Part shown: piece after piece, positions 49,900 to 60,750 of the stretch
Layout: the number at the start of each line of letters is the position of its first letter
How positions within the stretch are numbered: the stretch's first letter is position 1
Assembly: GCA_963846575.1 (NCBI GenBank)
Contig: CAWJWJ010000002.1
Coordinates: 160,001-224,000, forward strand
DNA length: 64,000 nucleotides
From: an uncultured Nitrospiraceae bacterium
GTDB taxonomy: Bacteria > Nitrospirota > Nitrospiria > Nitrospirales > Nitrospiraceae
Reading direction: 5' to 3'
The notes under the pieces: generated by a model
What the model saw: the letters and a program-made list of their open reading frames with translations, nothing else
What the model was told of the DNA's origin: nothing
Database searches by the model: none
Position numbers and translations under genes: made by a program

Positions 49900-50621
49900 G
49901 GGGCTGGTATCCATGCGGCATATGGATCTTGATGGTGGTATTGACGCTATCGGGCTGCAGTGGGACAAAAGTGACAACCAGGGCTTTCCCGCAACTGGGT
50001 AAGTACCGGATACATACGATCGCGCTTATGCCGTTTGAAACGATGATGACTCCACAAGCGATGGAGTCATCCGGCCCCTCGTTCCCTGTGCCTTCGGGTG
50101 CGCGGCGATCGGAAATGGCCGTGGCCATTCCGCCCACGACCGAACAGTACCCACGGGAAACTCATATCGTGCCGCCTGCCGCTGGGGAAACAATCACGCG
50201 GCTCATGTGGACCAAACTCAAGGCACGCTCGGGCTTAGACGTTCTCTCACCTACAGAGTCGAGTTCGGCGGCGCGAGAGTTGGGAGGAGGGGCCGCTCCC
50301 GCGACAGTGCCGGCTCATAAAGTCGCCCAGCGTCTTCGCGCCGATGCGGCACTGAGCGGAAAAGTGCTGGTGTATCAGGAGCGTGTGGGGGGACGGTTCG
50401 GCGCAGATCCGCCCGCGATCGTTGGCTTTGAAGTGAAGCTCGTCGCTCCGGATGGAAGCGTGCTGTGGGAAGGCAACTATTATGAAAAACAGCGGCCGAT
50501 GATCGAAGACTTCGTTGGTTTTATTCGGCGGTATGGAATGTTTGTGACCGCTGAGGAGTTGGCGGCATATGGGGCGGCAGAGCTGGCAAAGGCGCTGCCC
50601 GTCGGCAGCGTTGACGAATAG
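49896..50621 (+). CDS. Hypothetical lipoprotein inside the his operon
   Basis: GTG overlapping the hisH stop; hydrophobic stretch and lipobox LSG|C; TIALMPF alpha/beta pattern. Confidence 0.75.
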   Translation: MRGWYPCGIWILMVVLTLSGCSGTKVTTRAFPQLGKYRIHTIALMPFETMMTPQAMESSGPSFPVPSGARRSEMAVAIPPTTEQYPRETHIVPPAAGETITRLMWTKLKARSGLDVLSPTESSSAARELGGGAAPATVPAHKVAQRLRADAALSGKVLVYQERVGGRFGADPPAIVGFEVKLVAPDGSVLWEGNYYEKQRPMIEDFVGFIRRYGMFVTAEELAAYGAAELAKALPVGSVDE

Positions 50622-50653
50622 TTCTCAGGCATGCCTCGGGAGAAGGTGTATCC

Positions 50654-51379
50654 ATGCAGGTGATTCCCGCGATAGATTTAAAAGACGGCCGGTGCGTGCG
50701 ACTCCGACAGGGCGATATGGCCGCAGAGACCGTCTATTCCGAGGATGTGCCGATGGTGGCCCACGGCTGGCAACAGCAGGGAGCCAGTCTCATTCACGTC
50801 GTTGATCTGAATGGTGCGGTTGATGGAGAACCGAAGAATCTTCCGCAGATCGAAGCGGTGATCAAGACGGTGAGCGTGAAGGTGCAAGTCGGTGGCGGCA
50901 TTCGTACGATCGGCACGGTGCGGCAGTATCTTAAGGCGGGTGTGGCTCGCGTAGTATTGGGAACCGCGGCCCTCACGGACCGGGCATTCCTGGCGCAGGC
51001 TTGCCGGGAGTTTCCGCAGCAAATTGTACTAGGCCTTGATGCGCGTGACGGCAATGTGGCGGTGAAGGGATGGACGAGTGTCTCCGCAACGAAAGCCACT
51101 GATCTCCTCACAGATCTGGCCGGCCTCGAGCTGGGTGCCGTTATCTACACGGATATTGCCCGCGATGGCATGTTGAACGGACCCAATTTGGAAGCCCTGC
51201 AGGAAATCGTCGCGCTATCAGTATTTCCGGTGATTGCGTCCGGCGGCATCAGCCGCATCGAAGACCTGCTGGCGGTCCAACTGATGGGTTCGCGGGTGGA
51301 GGGCGCCATTGTGGGGAAAGCCTTTTACGACGGCAAAATGAACTATCGAGAAGCGCTCGCTGCGCTCAGGAACGGATGA
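50654..51379 (+). CDS. hisA: ProFAR isomerase
   Basis: IPAIDLKDG.CVRL.QG, HVVDL, GGGIR, TDI.RDG.L.GPN. Confidence 0.97.
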   Translation: MQVIPAIDLKDGRCVRLRQGDMAAETVYSEDVPMVAHGWQQQGASLIHVVDLNGAVDGEPKNLPQIEAVIKTVSVKVQVGGGIRTIGTVRQYLKAGVARVVLGTAALTDRAFLAQACREFPQQIVLGLDARDGNVAVKGWTSVSATKATDLLTDLAGLELGAVIYTDIARDGMLNGPNLEALQEIVALSVFPVIASGGISRIEDLLAVQLMGSRVEGAIVGKAFYDGKMNYREALAALRNG

Positions 51380-51405
51380 GATGGATGCGGGTGATCGGGT
51401 GATGT

Positions 51406-52170
51406 ATGTTGACTAAGCGCATCATCCCCTGCTTGGACGTCAAAGATGGTCGAGTCGTCAAGGGGGTGAGTTTCGTTAATCTTCGTGATGCGGGCGATCC
51501 GGTCGAAATTGCCACTATCTATGACGGTGAAGGGGCGGACGAGCTGTGCTTTCTGGACATCACCGCGTCGCATGAAAACCGCAAGACCATTATTCATGTG
51601 GTAGAGCAAACTGCGGCCAGAGTGTTCATGCCGCTGACGGTCGGGGGCGGCGTGCGGACGTTGGAGGACATTCGAGCACTGCTCAATGCAGGAGCCGACA
51701 AGGTCAGTATCAATACAACAGCTGTTCAAGATCCGGAGTTCGTGCGAGCGGCCGCGACCCGGTTCGGTTCACAGTGCGTCGTCGTGGCGATCGATGCCAG
51801 GCGATCTGGGCAGGACGGAGGCTGGGCGGTCTTTACTCATGGCGGCCGCAAGCCGACCGAACTCGATGCAATCGAATGGGCACAACGCATGGAAGCGTAT
51901 GGAGCCGGGGAGATCCTTTTGACCAGCATGGATCAGGACGGACGCCAGAATGGGTACGATCTGGCATTGACTGCGGCGGTATCGGCACGTCTCACCATCC
52001 CAGTGATTGCCTCCGGCGGAGTAGGGACCCTGGACCACTTGTACGATGGACTTGTGAAAGGCAGAGCGGACGCGGTTCTGGCCGCTTCGATATTTCATTT
52101 TCGAGTCCATACCATTCAAGAGGCGAAGAGCTATCTGTGCGAAAGAGGCGTGCCGGTTCGGTTGACCTAA
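51406..52170 (+). CDS. hisF: Imidazole glycerol phosphate synthase cyclase subunit
   Basis: [47 protein letters not shown]. Confidence 0.97.
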   Translation: MLTKRIIPCLDVKDGRVVKGVSFVNLRDAGDPVEIATIYDGEGADELCFLDITASHENRKTIIHVVEQTAARVFMPLTVGGGVRTLEDIRALLNAGADKVSINTTAVQDPEFVRAAATRFGSQCVVVAIDARRSGQDGGWAVFTHGGRKPTELDAIEWAQRMEAYGAGEILLTSMDQDGRQNGYDLALTAAVSARLTIPVIASGGVGTLDHLYDGLVKGRADAVLAASIFHFRVHTIQEAKSYLCERGVPVRLT

Positions 52171-52188
52171 GGGAGAAGACGGGACGCG

Positions 52189-52863
52189 ATGTCAACGGAG
52201 AGTCGAAGCGTAGCATATGACGGGCAGGGCCTCATTCCCGCGGTGATCCAGGATTGGCTGGACGGCACGGTCTTGATGGTGGGCTATATGAATGCGGATG
52301 CCATTGCTGAGACCCTTCGGACTCGATCAGTCCATTTTTGGAGTCGCTCACGCCAAAAGCTCTGGAAAAAAGGGGAAACCTCCGGGCATTGGCTTCACGT
52401 GAAAGACCTCTTTATTGATTGTGATCGCGATACGATTCTGGTGAAGGCCGAGCCCGTTGGGCCGACCTGCCATACCGGAGAACGTGCGTGTTTCTTCGCC
52501 CGGCTGGACGATCAAGGTTTTGCCGGAGAGGCGAGCACGCAAGAGGCCTGGGGCGGCATTTTGGAAGGCGTACTTCGCACCATTTGTCAGCGACGGGCCC
52601 ATCCACAGCCTGGCTCGTACACGACGAAATTATTTGATGGCGGCCATGACAAGATCCTCAAGAAAGTGGCCGAAGAGGCCGGGGAAGTCCTCTTGGCCTC
52701 CAAAGGCGGAAAGCGCGAGGAAGTGATCTACGAAGTGGCGGATCTCTTCTTTCACACCTTAATGGTGTTGGGGTATCACGGCATCGCGCTGCACGACATC
52801 TATCGGGAATTAGGGACCCGTTTCGGCAAGCCAGGACTCCGGCAACCATCAGAGGGAGCCTAG
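52189..52863 (+). CDS. hisIE: Bifunctional phosphoribosyl-AMP cyclohydrolase / phosphoribosyl-ATP pyrophosphatase
   Basis: SRSRQ.LW.KGETSG, DCDRD, CHTG..CF; SYT..L, KKVAEEAGE, EVADL.FH. Confidence 0.96.
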   Translation: MSTESRSVAYDGQGLIPAVIQDWLDGTVLMVGYMNADAIAETLRTRSVHFWSRSRQKLWKKGETSGHWLHVKDLFIDCDRDTILVKAEPVGPTCHTGERACFFARLDDQGFAGEASTQEAWGGILEGVLRTICQRRAHPQPGSYTTKLFDGGHDKILKKVAEEAGEVLLASKGGKREEVIYEVADLFFHTLMVLGYHGIALHDIYRELGTRFGKPGLRQPSEGA

Positions 52864-52864
52864 T

Positions 52865-53209
52865 ATGAGCGACTGCATTTTTTGTCTTATCGTAGACGGT
52901 AAAATTCCGGCAAGGATCGTGCATCAGGATGAACAGATGCTGGCCTTCGAAGACATCAATGCACAGGCTCCCGTGCATATCCTCGTGATTCCCAAACGCC
53001 ATGTGGCGTCTGTTCAGAATTGCCAGGAAAAGGATCAGGCGCTTCTGGGCCATCTGATGTTGACCTGCTCGAAGATTGCGCAGATGAAGAATTTGACCAC
53101 ATCCGGTTATCGGATCGTGACGAACACCGGACCGGATGGGGGCCAGACCGTGGCCCATCTTCACTTCCATATTTTTGGTGGAAGAGCCATGACATGGCCT
53201 CCCGGTTAG
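52865..53209 (+). CDS. hinT: Histidine triad nucleotide-binding protein (HinT-like)
   Basis: DCIFC.I..G.IP, APVHILVIPK.H, GQTVAHLHFH, WPPG. Confidence 0.92.
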   Translation: MSDCIFCLIVDGKIPARIVHQDEQMLAFEDINAQAPVHILVIPKRHVASVQNCQEKDQALLGHLMLTCSKIAQMKNLTTSGYRIVTNTGPDGGQTVAHLHFHIFGGRAMTWPPG

Positions 53210-53225
53210 GACCTCGCCTCTCCGA

Positions 53226-53255
53226 TTGACAGTGGCGTGAATCGTTTGTTAGGCT
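53226..53255 (+). promoter_or_regulatory. Putative sigma70 promoter of dnaG-rpoD
   Basis: TTGACA-18 nt-TAGGCT with an extended TG. Confidence 0.55.
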
Positions 53256-53338
53256 AAACGGTCAACTTTCAATCCTGTTCAATGTGTCCAACCGAGGATT
53301 AGACCGGTTGGATTCCTGCGGGTGCAAGCGAGGACCGC

Positions 53339-55174
53339 GTGGGCCAAGGCCTGATTTCGGACGACGTCATCAACCAAATCAGAGACCGGGTGGACATTGC
53401 AGAGGTCGTCGGCCACCATGTGGCCTTGACCAGGGCCGGCCAAAACCTTAAGGGCCTGTGCCCATTTCATCAGGAAAAGTCTCCTTCCTTCACTGTCAGT
53501 GCTTCACGACAGATCTTCCACTGTTTCGGATGCGGAGCCGGCGGGAATGTGTATACGTTCCTTATGAAACTGACGGGGGCAGGTTTTCCTGAGATTGTCC
53601 GGGATCTGGGGCGCAAGGTAGGAGTCGATGTTCCCGAATCAGCCGGGGGTCAGCCCAGCCGAGAACGCGCGCAGCTGGCGCGCCTGGAGCAGCTGAATAC
53701 CGCCGCCAGCGCTTGGTACCAACGCATGTTGATGGACGAGGGAGGGGCTCCGGCGAGGGCCTATCTTGACGGGCGAGGTATACAACCGGACACGATGAAA
53801 CAGTTCCAGATGGGATATGCACCGCCGGAATGGGATGCGCTCACGAAAGCCATGCTGAAGGCGGGGTTCGCCCCGGCGGATCTGGTCGTAGCAGGTTTAT
53901 CTATTCCGCGAGATCAGAGTGGGCAGCAGAGGAGCGCCTTGGCCGGATATTATGATCGTTTTCGTTCTCGAGTGATGTTTCCGATTCTGGATTTGCGCAA
54001 GCGGGTCGTGGCGTTTGGTGGCCGGATGCTCGGGGAAGGGATGCCCAAATATCTGAATTCCCCGGAGACTCCGTTGTTTCAGAAGGGGCAGACGTTGTTC
54101 GCGATGGATGCGGCTCGAGAGGCGGCCGGGCAGCACAATACTTTGATCATCGTCGAAGGGTACTTCGATGCGATCGCACTGCATCAGGCGGGCATCCGTC
54201 ATGCGGTAGCAACCTTGGGAACGTCTTTGACGGCGGAGCACATCACGATCATCCGGCGGTTTGCCTCCAATGTCGTCTTACTGTTCGACCCCGACCAAGC
54301 CGGAGTCAGGGCAGCACTGCGGACCCTCGACCTGTTTGTCAATAGCGGTCTCGGGGTCAAGGTGGTGTCGCTGCCTCAAGGAGATGATCCGGATACGTAT
54401 GTCCGCCAACATGGGGCGGATGGATTTACCGCCCTGCACCAATCGGCGCCGACCCTTCTGGATTTTGCAGTGGAGCAGAGTCTGCGGACGGCCGAGTCGG
54501 GGACGATCGAAGATCGCATCCGTGCCGTGGATGCCGTATTGCGCATTCTCCAGAAAAGTGCGCATCCCATCGAGAGAGAGGAACGGATTCGCCTGGTGGC
54601 CGAACGGTTAGGACTGAACCAACAACGATTGATCGATCGGTATCCGACGCTCACGCCGGAAGATCAGCGGCGGAATCAGGCTCGCACTCCAGTGGCCAAC
54701 GCACCGTTGAAACCCAAATCCAATCCCGAAGAGCGTGATTTGGCACACTTGCTTGTCCAAGGGAGCTTGTCTCCCGCTGACCTTCGGGCTCTGTCTCCGG
54801 ATGCCTTTTCGACGCCGGTCTATAGCCGTCTCGTTGCTTGCGCCTTGCAGCATGTGGGACACGACGGACGGCTGTCCGTTAAGGACCTGCTGGATGAGCT
54901 CGTCAACGATAACGAGTGCGGGCCGCTCGTCACGGAATTGTCGATGTCGGAGCAGCACTATGATGACATTTCCGCGCACATTGCCGGATGTTTGGATACG
55001 CTGGAGCGGAGAGGCCGTGAGCGGAGCTTGGGGGCCTTGATTCAAGAGTTGAAAACTGCAGAACGTGAACGGCGAGAGGATGATGTGCATCGCCTGAATA
55101 GACAGATTAACGATATGCGGATTCGGAAAGCCGGCCTCACGCCGGCTGCGCTGACGTCTGCGGTGAAGGAGTAG
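53339..55174 (+). CDS. dnaG: DNA primase
   Basis: CPFH.EKSPSF, CFGCG zinc finger, [27 protein letters not shown]. Confidence 0.97.
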   Translation: MGQGLISDDVINQIRDRVDIAEVVGHHVALTRAGQNLKGLCPFHQEKSPSFTVSASRQIFHCFGCGAGGNVYTFLMKLTGAGFPEIVRDLGRKVGVDVPESAGGQPSRERAQLARLEQLNTAASAWYQRMLMDEGGAPARAYLDGRGIQPDTMKQFQMGYAPPEWDALTKAMLKAGFAPADLVVAGLSIPRDQSGQQRSALAGYYDRFRSRVMFPILDLRKRVVAFGGRMLGEGMPKYLNSPETPLFQKGQTLFAMDAAREAAGQHNTLIIVEGYFDAIALHQAGIRHAVATLGTSLTAEHITIIRRFASNVVLLFDPDQAGVRAALRTLDLFVNSGLGVKVVSLPQGDDPDTYVRQHGADGFTALHQSAPTLLDFAVEQSLRTAESGTIEDRIRAVDAVLRILQKSAHPIEREERIRLVAERLGLNQQRLIDRYPTLTPEDQRRNQARTPVANAPLKPKSNPEERDLAHLLVQGSLSPADLRALSPDAFSTPVYSRLVACALQHVGHDGRLSVKDLLDELVNDNECGPLVTELSMSEQHYDDISAHIAGCLDTLERRGRERSLGALIQELKTAERERREDDVHRLNRQINDMRIRKAGLTPAALTSAVKE

Positions 55175-55176
55175 GT

Positions 55177-56982
55177 ATGCCGAAACAAGAATTACTCGGC
55201 GAGGTGAAGAAGCTCATTAATCTTGGAAAAGAGAAGGGCTTTCTCACATACGACGATCTAAATAGCACCTTGCCGGCCGATGTCGTCTCGTCGGACCAAT
55301 TCAGTACGATCATGACGATGTTTGGTGAAATGGACATCGAGATTGTGGAATCCGCCGAGACTGAGCGCACTCCGAAGGCGGCCGATGGTGAGGAAGCGAT
55401 TGAGGAAAGCGAAGAGGGAGACGCTCCCGAAGAGAACGAAAAGGAGATCGATCTCACGCCAGGTGCCCTTAGCCGGACCGATGACCCCGTCAGGCTCTAT
55501 CTCAAAGAGATGGGAAGTGTGGCGCTGTTGAGCCGTGAGGGGGAGATTGAGATCGCTAAGCGTATCGAAGAGGGCAAGAAAGATATTGCCACGGTCGTCT
55601 ATGGGTTGCCGATGACCCTGGAATTTGTCTTGAATCTCCGAGATCAATTGAAGAACGGCAAGATCGATGTCCGTGAGATCGTACCGGTGGTTGAGACGGA
55701 AGAAGACTTCGAGGAGGAAGCCGTCGAGAAGGACTACGAAGAACTGCGGGTCAAGACGCTGGACTCTTTGAACTCGGTCCGCAAGGTGTCCGCTTCCCTG
55801 AAGGAACTGTACGATAAGGTTCGCCAGGCCAGCGGCGATGCGGAGAAGTTAAAACGTCTGCGCAAACAAATTGATACCGTGCGCGGACAGGTTGTGGACA
55901 AGATGGAGTCCGTCAATCTGCACGGCGTCCTGAAAGATCGAATGACGCAGCGGGTGCGCGACCTCAACCTCCTGTTCCGTACTGCGGAACGAGAAGTCAC
56001 GAGTTGTCAGCGACGCCTGGGGGTGGGCGGGGAAGCGGGGGCGGAGCTGCTGCGGCGGCTATGCCGAACTCACAAGGATGTGTTGGCTGTAAAGCGGAGG
56101 ACCGGCGTTTCGGAAGAGGTTTTGCAGGACATCAAAAAGCACTATCAGGCAGCCAAAGGCCGAATTCGTCAATTGGAGGCGGAAGAGGCGCTGGTCTCAG
56201 CCGAAGAAATCAGGGATGCAGTCAAGCACCTCGATGTGGCGGAAGAGAAGGTCAAGCGGGGCAAGGCCGAGCTCGTCGAAGCCAATCTACGGTTAGTGGT
56301 CAGTATTGCCAAGAAATATACGAACCGAGGGTTACAGTTTCTGGATCTGATTCAAGAGGGCAACATCGGCCTCATGAAGGCAGTCGACAAGTTTGAATAT
56401 AAGCGCGGTTACAAATTTAGTACCTACGCGACTTGGTGGATCCGTCAGGCGATTACCCGTGCGATTGCCGATCAAGCTCGCACTATCCGCATTCCGGTGC
56501 ACATGATCGAAACCATCAATAAACTGATCCGTACATCTCGCCATTTGGTGCAGAAGCTGGGGCGTGAACCGACTCCCGAGGAAATCGCTGAACGAATGGA
56601 TTTGCCGCTCGACAAGGTGCGTAAGATTCTTAAAATTGCGCGCGAACCGATTTCTCTCGAGACCCCCATCGGTGAGGAAGAAGACAGCCATTTGGGAGAC
56701 TTTATCGAAGACAAGAAAGCGGTGTCTCCGTTAGAAGCGGCCATTCGCTACGACCTGCAGCGTCAGATCAACGGTGCGCTGGAAACGCTCACTCCCCGCG
56801 AGGAAAAGGTGTTGCGAAAACGGTTTGGTATCGGGGAGGCCACCGATCATACGCTCGAGGAAGTGGGACAGGACTTCGAGGTGACGCGCGAACGCATTCG
56901 TCAAATTGAAGCCAAGGCGTTGCGCAAACTCCGACATCCTAGTCGCAGTAAAAAGTTGCGCAGTTTTGTGGAGAGCCTCTGA
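55177..56982 (+). CDS. rpoD: RNA polymerase primary sigma factor
   Basis: Region 1.1, [56 protein letters not shown]. Confidence 0.98.
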   Translation: MPKQELLGEVKKLINLGKEKGFLTYDDLNSTLPADVVSSDQFSTIMTMFGEMDIEIVESAETERTPKAADGEEAIEESEEGDAPEENEKEIDLTPGALSRTDDPVRLYLKEMGSVALLSREGEIEIAKRIEEGKKDIATVVYGLPMTLEFVLNLRDQLKNGKIDVREIVPVVETEEDFEEEAVEKDYEELRVKTLDSLNSVRKVSASLKELYDKVRQASGDAEKLKRLRKQIDTVRGQVVDKMESVNLHGVLKDRMTQRVRDLNLLFRTAEREVTSCQRRLGVGGEAGAELLRRLCRTHKDVLAVKRRTGVSEEVLQDIKKHYQAAKGRIRQLEAEEALVSAEEIRDAVKHLDVAEEKVKRGKAELVEANLRLVVSIAKKYTNRGLQFLDLIQEGNIGLMKAVDKFEYKRGYKFSTYATWWIRQAITRAIADQARTIRIPVHMIETINKLIRTSRHLVQKLGREPTPEEIAERMDLPLDKVRKILKIAREPISLETPIGEEEDSHLGDFIEDKKAVSPLEAAIRYDLQRQINGALETLTPREEKVLRKRFGIGEATDHTLEEVGQDFEVTRERIRQIEAKALRKLRHPSRSKKLRSFVESL

Positions 56983-57002
56983 AGTCCTGTAATGAGCATT
57001 GT

Positions 57003-57031
57003 TTGACTCTATCGGAATGGCAGCCTAAAAT
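57003..57031 (+). promoter_or_regulatory. Putative sigma70 promoter of the tRNA
   Basis: TTGACT-17 nt-TAAAAT. Confidence 0.65.
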
Positions 57032-57132
57032 CAGGCGTTCGAAGCACGCATGGGTCGCTCGAGTGCCTGTGGCGTTTAGTTGACGCAACCGACCAGTTTG
57101 AAGTCCGAGAGCAGGCCAAGGCTCGCAGGGCT

Positions 57133-57209
57133 GGGCCCATAGCTCAGGTGGTTAGAGCGGCTGACTCATAATCAGCTGGTCCTAGGTTCAAGTCCTAGTG
57201 GGCCCACCA
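57133..57209 (+). tRNA. tRNA with CAT anticodon, most likely tRNA-Ile2 (lysidine)
   Basis: 77-nt cloverleaf GGGCCCA..CTCATAA..GGTTCAAGTCC..TGGGCCCACCA. Paired G1-C72 and no GGG/CCC anticodon stem argue against the initiator; position after rpoD matches ileX. Confidence 0.9.
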
Positions 57210-57285
57210 GCCTGAGTGTCTTATGACGATGACGGTACGACTGGTGTCGCGTGGTGGTGCCGTCGTGCAACCTAAAAGGAGCCCG

Positions 57286-58062
57286 TTGAACCTACAGCTC
57301 TCCCCCCTCATTGACCTGCAGAAAATCGATCTTCGAATCGCCGAACTCAAAGAACAGCGGCGGAAAATTCCAGAACGGCTTGAGCTAAACGAGGCGCCTC
57401 TCCGAGAAGCAAAACGCGTGGTGCACGAAATGTCGGTGTCAACCGAAGCGCTGATCAAGGAACGCCGTAGCCACGAAAAGGACCTTGAGGCGCATGAGGA
57501 CCGTATTTCAAAAATGAAAGATCGCGCCGCTCAGCTCAAGACCAATCAGGAGTATCAAGCGCACCTCTTCGAGGTGGAACTGGCCAGCAAGAAAAAGGGC
57601 GAAATCGAGGAGAAAATTTTGCTGGCGATGGAGCAGATCGAACAGACGCAGCGTGTAATGGCGGAGGCGCAGGCGAAGCTGAAGGAGTCAGAGGCTCTGT
57701 TCACGAAGGAAAAGGCCACGTTGGATGCACGCGATCAAGCGTTGTCTGCGGAGCTGGGGGACCTGGACATCAAGCAGCAGCAATTGGCGGGCCAGATAGA
57801 GAAGACGCTCCTGGCTCGATACAATAAGCTGAAGACGACGAGGAAGGACCAAGCCCTGGCATTAGTCAAGGATGGGATTTGTCTGGGATGTCGGCTTCAG
57901 CTGCCGCCACAGCTGGTTTCTCAGGTCAAGCGTGCGCAAGATGTGCATACCTGCCCCTACTGTTACAGGATGCTCTATTGGGAAGGAGAGCCTGCCATCG
58001 GAGCGAAGGGCCCTGTCGATGCCGAACAAGCTCAGAATTTTGAAGTCGGCGAGTCGGTCTAG
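57286..58062 (+). CDS. Coiled-coil C4 zinc-ribbon protein (DUF164 family)
   Basis: L..LQ.ID, long coiled coil, CLGCRLQLPPQ...CPYCYRML; TTG start after AGGAG. Confidence 0.9.
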   Translation: MNLQLSPLIDLQKIDLRIAELKEQRRKIPERLELNEAPLREAKRVVHEMSVSTEALIKERRSHEKDLEAHEDRISKMKDRAAQLKTNQEYQAHLFEVELASKKKGEIEEKILLAMEQIEQTQRVMAEAQAKLKESEALFTKEKATLDARDQALSAELGDLDIKQQQLAGQIEKTLLARYNKLKTTRKDQALALVKDGICLGCRLQLPPQLVSQVKRAQDVHTCPYCYRMLYWEGEPAIGAKGPVDAEQAQNFEVGESV

Positions 58063-58718
58063 AGGCCATTCAAGATCTGCTGTGTCGTTTTGAAGTGCAA
58101 TTTCGCCACCGCGTTTAGTCGACCCTGCCCGAATTTCTTGATCACCATTCTTCCGGCAAGCTCCACAGCAGGCGACGCACCCTTGGGCAACATCGTATTC
58201 AGCTCCTGAGACAACCTGTGCAGGCGCTGAAGAAATTCTGCGCGAGCCAGGATCGAGGCAGCTGCCACGGCCACATCGGATTCTGCTTTTGTTCGTTGGA
58301 CGAGCTGAATCTGTTTGCCCTGCTCTTGGAGTGCATCGAGAATTAACCGCTCATCGCCGAATTGATCAGCAATGGCCAGATTGCAGTCGACCTGCTGGAG
58401 CAGATTCTCAAGCGCCCTGGCATGGCCCCAGGCCAGTAGGCGATTCAGATTTTTTATTTTCGCATACAGTTCATTGTACCGTAGCGGCCCGATGGCGACG
58501 ATGCTATGGGGACAGAGCCGGCGAATGTGTGGATCCATTTCCGCCACCCTTGCATCTGAAAGTTTCTTGCTGTCGCGAACCTGCATGAGGACGAGATCCT
58601 GCTGAATGACCGGTGTCACGAACGCGGCGGCGATCACGAGCGGGCCGAAATAGTCCCCTTTGCCAGACTCATCAATTCCGATACGTGAGAGGGCTGAGAG
58701 GTCGGAAGGGGCAGGCAT
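58059..58718 (-). CDS. rnhC: Ribonuclease HIII-type enzyme (catalytic domain only)
   Basis: IGIDESGKGDYFGP, DSKKL, DQFG, KAE...VAAASILAR, AKLHFKT. Confidence 0.85.
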   Translation of the reverse strand: MPAPSDLSALSRIGIDESGKGDYFGPLVIAAAFVTPVIQQDLVLMQVRDSKKLSDARVAEMDPHIRRLCPHSIVAIGPLRYNELYAKIKNLNRLLAWGHARALENLLQQVDCNLAIADQFGDERLILDALQEQGKQIQLVQRTKAESDVAVAAASILARAEFLQRLHRLSQELNTMLPKGASPAVELAGRMVIKKFGQGRLNAVAKLHFKTTQQILNGL

Positions 58719-58834
58719 GGGAAACTCCCAGGTGAAAACCGGTAAGACGGCGCGGTAATCTAGCAGGGCTCGGGAAATCGGTCAATTTGCGGAGGCACAG
58801 GATGAACATTCAAGCGGACACCGTCACGAAGCAA

Positions 58835-59695
58835 ATGTCCAGGAGGCCTTCGGCTGTCGTCTGGATGGCCCTGGGCATTCTGGTGTTGGTCACTACGGCA
58901 ACGGGCTGTCAAACCAATCCGTATACCGGACGTTGGCAACTGATGATGATGCCGATGTCCCAAGAAGTCCAAATGGGCGTGCAAGCGTACGCTCAGGTGA
59001 AGCATGATCCGAAGATGAAGGTCTCAAACGACCCGCGAGAAATTGATCCGGTGAAGCGAGTCGCGGCTCGAGTGATTGAAGCGGCTAAGCATTCAAAATA
59101 TAGCGAAATTGCGAATCAATTTGAATGGGAAGTGACCGTGATTAAGGATGATACAACGATGAATGCTTTCGCATTGCCGGGCGGAAAAATTGCCGTGTAT
59201 ACAGGCATTTTCCCGGTGGCTAAGACCGAAGCGGGTCTCGCGGCGGTTATGGGCCACGAAGTTGTGCATGCGCTGGCGAGGCATGGCGGCGAACGGATGA
59301 GCCAAAATACCCTGGCGCAGACGACGCTTCAGGTCATTGGTGTCGCATTAGGAGTCAGCGGCGCCAATCCCGTTCTATCGCAAGCCGGGATGGCCGCATT
59401 GGGCGTTGGAACGCAGGTGGGAGTATTACTTCCCTTCAGCCGGAAACACGAGTCGGAAGCCGATTATGTCGGGGTTCTGCTGGCGGCTGAGGCCGGGTAT
59501 GACCCCCGTGAATCTATTCGTCTCTGGACACGGATGGGTGAGTTGTCGGAAGGTAAAGAGCCCTCGGAATTCATGTCCACCCACCCCAACCATGAAACTA
59601 GAATACAACAACTCGAAGAATGGATGGCCGAAGCCTTGCCGATTTACCGGTCGAAACCACCGGCGCCCAATGGAGAGCTTCCCGCGCTCAAGTAG
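58835..59695 (+). CDS. M48 family zinc metallopeptidase, probable lipoprotein
   Basis: Lipobox-like ATG|C, TNPYTGR.Q, NAFALPGG, GHEVVHA, FSR.HESEAD, STHP; start uncertain (58787-58835). Confidence 0.92.
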   Translation: MSRRPSAVVWMALGILVLVTTATGCQTNPYTGRWQLMMMPMSQEVQMGVQAYAQVKHDPKMKVSNDPREIDPVKRVAARVIEAAKHSKYSEIANQFEWEVTVIKDDTTMNAFALPGGKIAVYTGIFPVAKTEAGLAAVMGHEVVHALARHGGERMSQNTLAQTTLQVIGVALGVSGANPVLSQAGMAALGVGTQVGVLLPFSRKHESEADYVGVLLAAEAGYDPRESIRLWTRMGELSEGKEPSEFMSTHPNHETRIQQLEEWMAEALPIYRSKPPAPNGELPALK

Positions 59696-59832
59696 TAAGT
59701 ACACGTGCAGGGCATTCGTTTGAGCCACCGATGCGGTATCGCCTGATCAGCCCTTGTCGGGATACCAATTCCTTCGAGGGTTTGGTGAATGAACTGTTGA
59801 ATCCCGGTCTCCTGGCCACTTATATTGAAGGT

Positions 59833-60268
59833 GCGCGCTGGAGGGACACGGGTGCTCGCTCGTCGAGCTGGCTTGACGGGAGGAAAGTCCGGACTCCAAG
59901 GGCAAGGACGCTGGATAACGTCCAGGCGGAGAGATCCGACACCAGCACCACAGAGAACAGACCGCCGATGGCCGGTGCCATCAACCTCGGTTGATGGCGT
60001 CGGATCAGGTAAGGGTGAAACGGTGGGGTAAGAGCCTACCGCGGTGATGGCGACATCAACGGCACGGTAAGCGTCGTCCGGAGCAAGACCAAATAGGGGG
60101 ACGCCTGCGGCGCTCGTAAGAGTCCAGCAGAAAGGCCGGCCCGGCCGAGGTCCCCGGGTAGGTTGCTTGAGGCTCGAGGTAACTCGAGTCCCAGAGAAAT
60201 GATCACCCTCGCGTGAGCGCAAGTTTCACGCGGGACAGAATCCGGCTTATAGGGTTTTTCCAACGCGC
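59833..60268 (+). ncRNA. rnpB: RNase P RNA (bacterial class A)
   Basis: GAGGAAAGTCCGGACTC, ACAGAGAACAGACCGCC, GGGTGAAACGGTGGGGTAAGAGC, GAGCAAGACCAAATAGG, ACAGAATCCGGCTTAT; 5' and 3' ends pair as P1; TTGAAT-18-TATATT promoter upstream. Confidence 0.96.
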
Positions 60269-60508
60269 TTTTTTAATCGCCGTCCGCAACGCGCTTCCGG
60301 TTATCTTGCCGGAAAGCGCTTCTCGTCCATCGATGAGGACGACCGGAACGTGATCGCCGTATCGGACCATGGCCTCCGAATCGCTGTCCACATCCAACGC
60401 AGCGAGTTCGAACGGGATTTCCTGTTGCAGTTGCGTCGCGACGCGGTAGGCCACCCGGCAGAGGTGACAATCGTGACGAGACAGGATGGTGACGCGAACA
60501 GCAGTCAT
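60203..60508 (-). CDS. Glutaredoxin-like (DUF836) protein
   Basis: CHLC, DVD, YG..VPVVLIDG; 3' end overlaps rnpB antisense. Confidence 0.85.
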   Translation of the reverse strand: MTAVRVTILSRHDCHLCRVAYRVATQLQQEIPFELAALDVDSDSEAMVRYGDHVPVVLIDGREALSGKITGSALRTAIKKARWKNPISRILSRVKLALTRG

Positions 60509-60596
60509 GGGTTCCTAACCAGCTGACCGGAATATTTCCATACCACAAACCTCCGGTGACCACCAGCTAGCACAAGCCATTGTCCCATCCGATCTC

Positions 60597-60626
60597 TTGA
60601 CCTCAGTTGAGATCTGGTGATACGAT
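60597..60626 (+). promoter_or_regulatory. Putative promoter of the ilv operon
   Basis: TTGACC-18 nt-TACGAT with an extended TG. Confidence 0.5.
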
Positions 60627-60750
60627 CCGCCATCTTACTCATTGTTTTTTCAGTAAGAATGTATCAACCTGTTTCCTGGGTGTGCAGGGAGAGAATTGTT
60701 CTCATTTAGATTTCGAGACCTTCGGCATGGATTGCGAAGGGGAGGTTGAT

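Noticed and set aside
57133..57209. Initiator tRNA-fMet call from the CAT anticodon
   Set aside because: Paired G1-C72 and no three G-C pairs in the anticodon stem; context fits Ile2. Elongator Met is not fully excluded.
59620..60263. Several ORFs (124, 192, 68 and 75 aa)
   Set aside because: They overlap the RNase P RNA gene.
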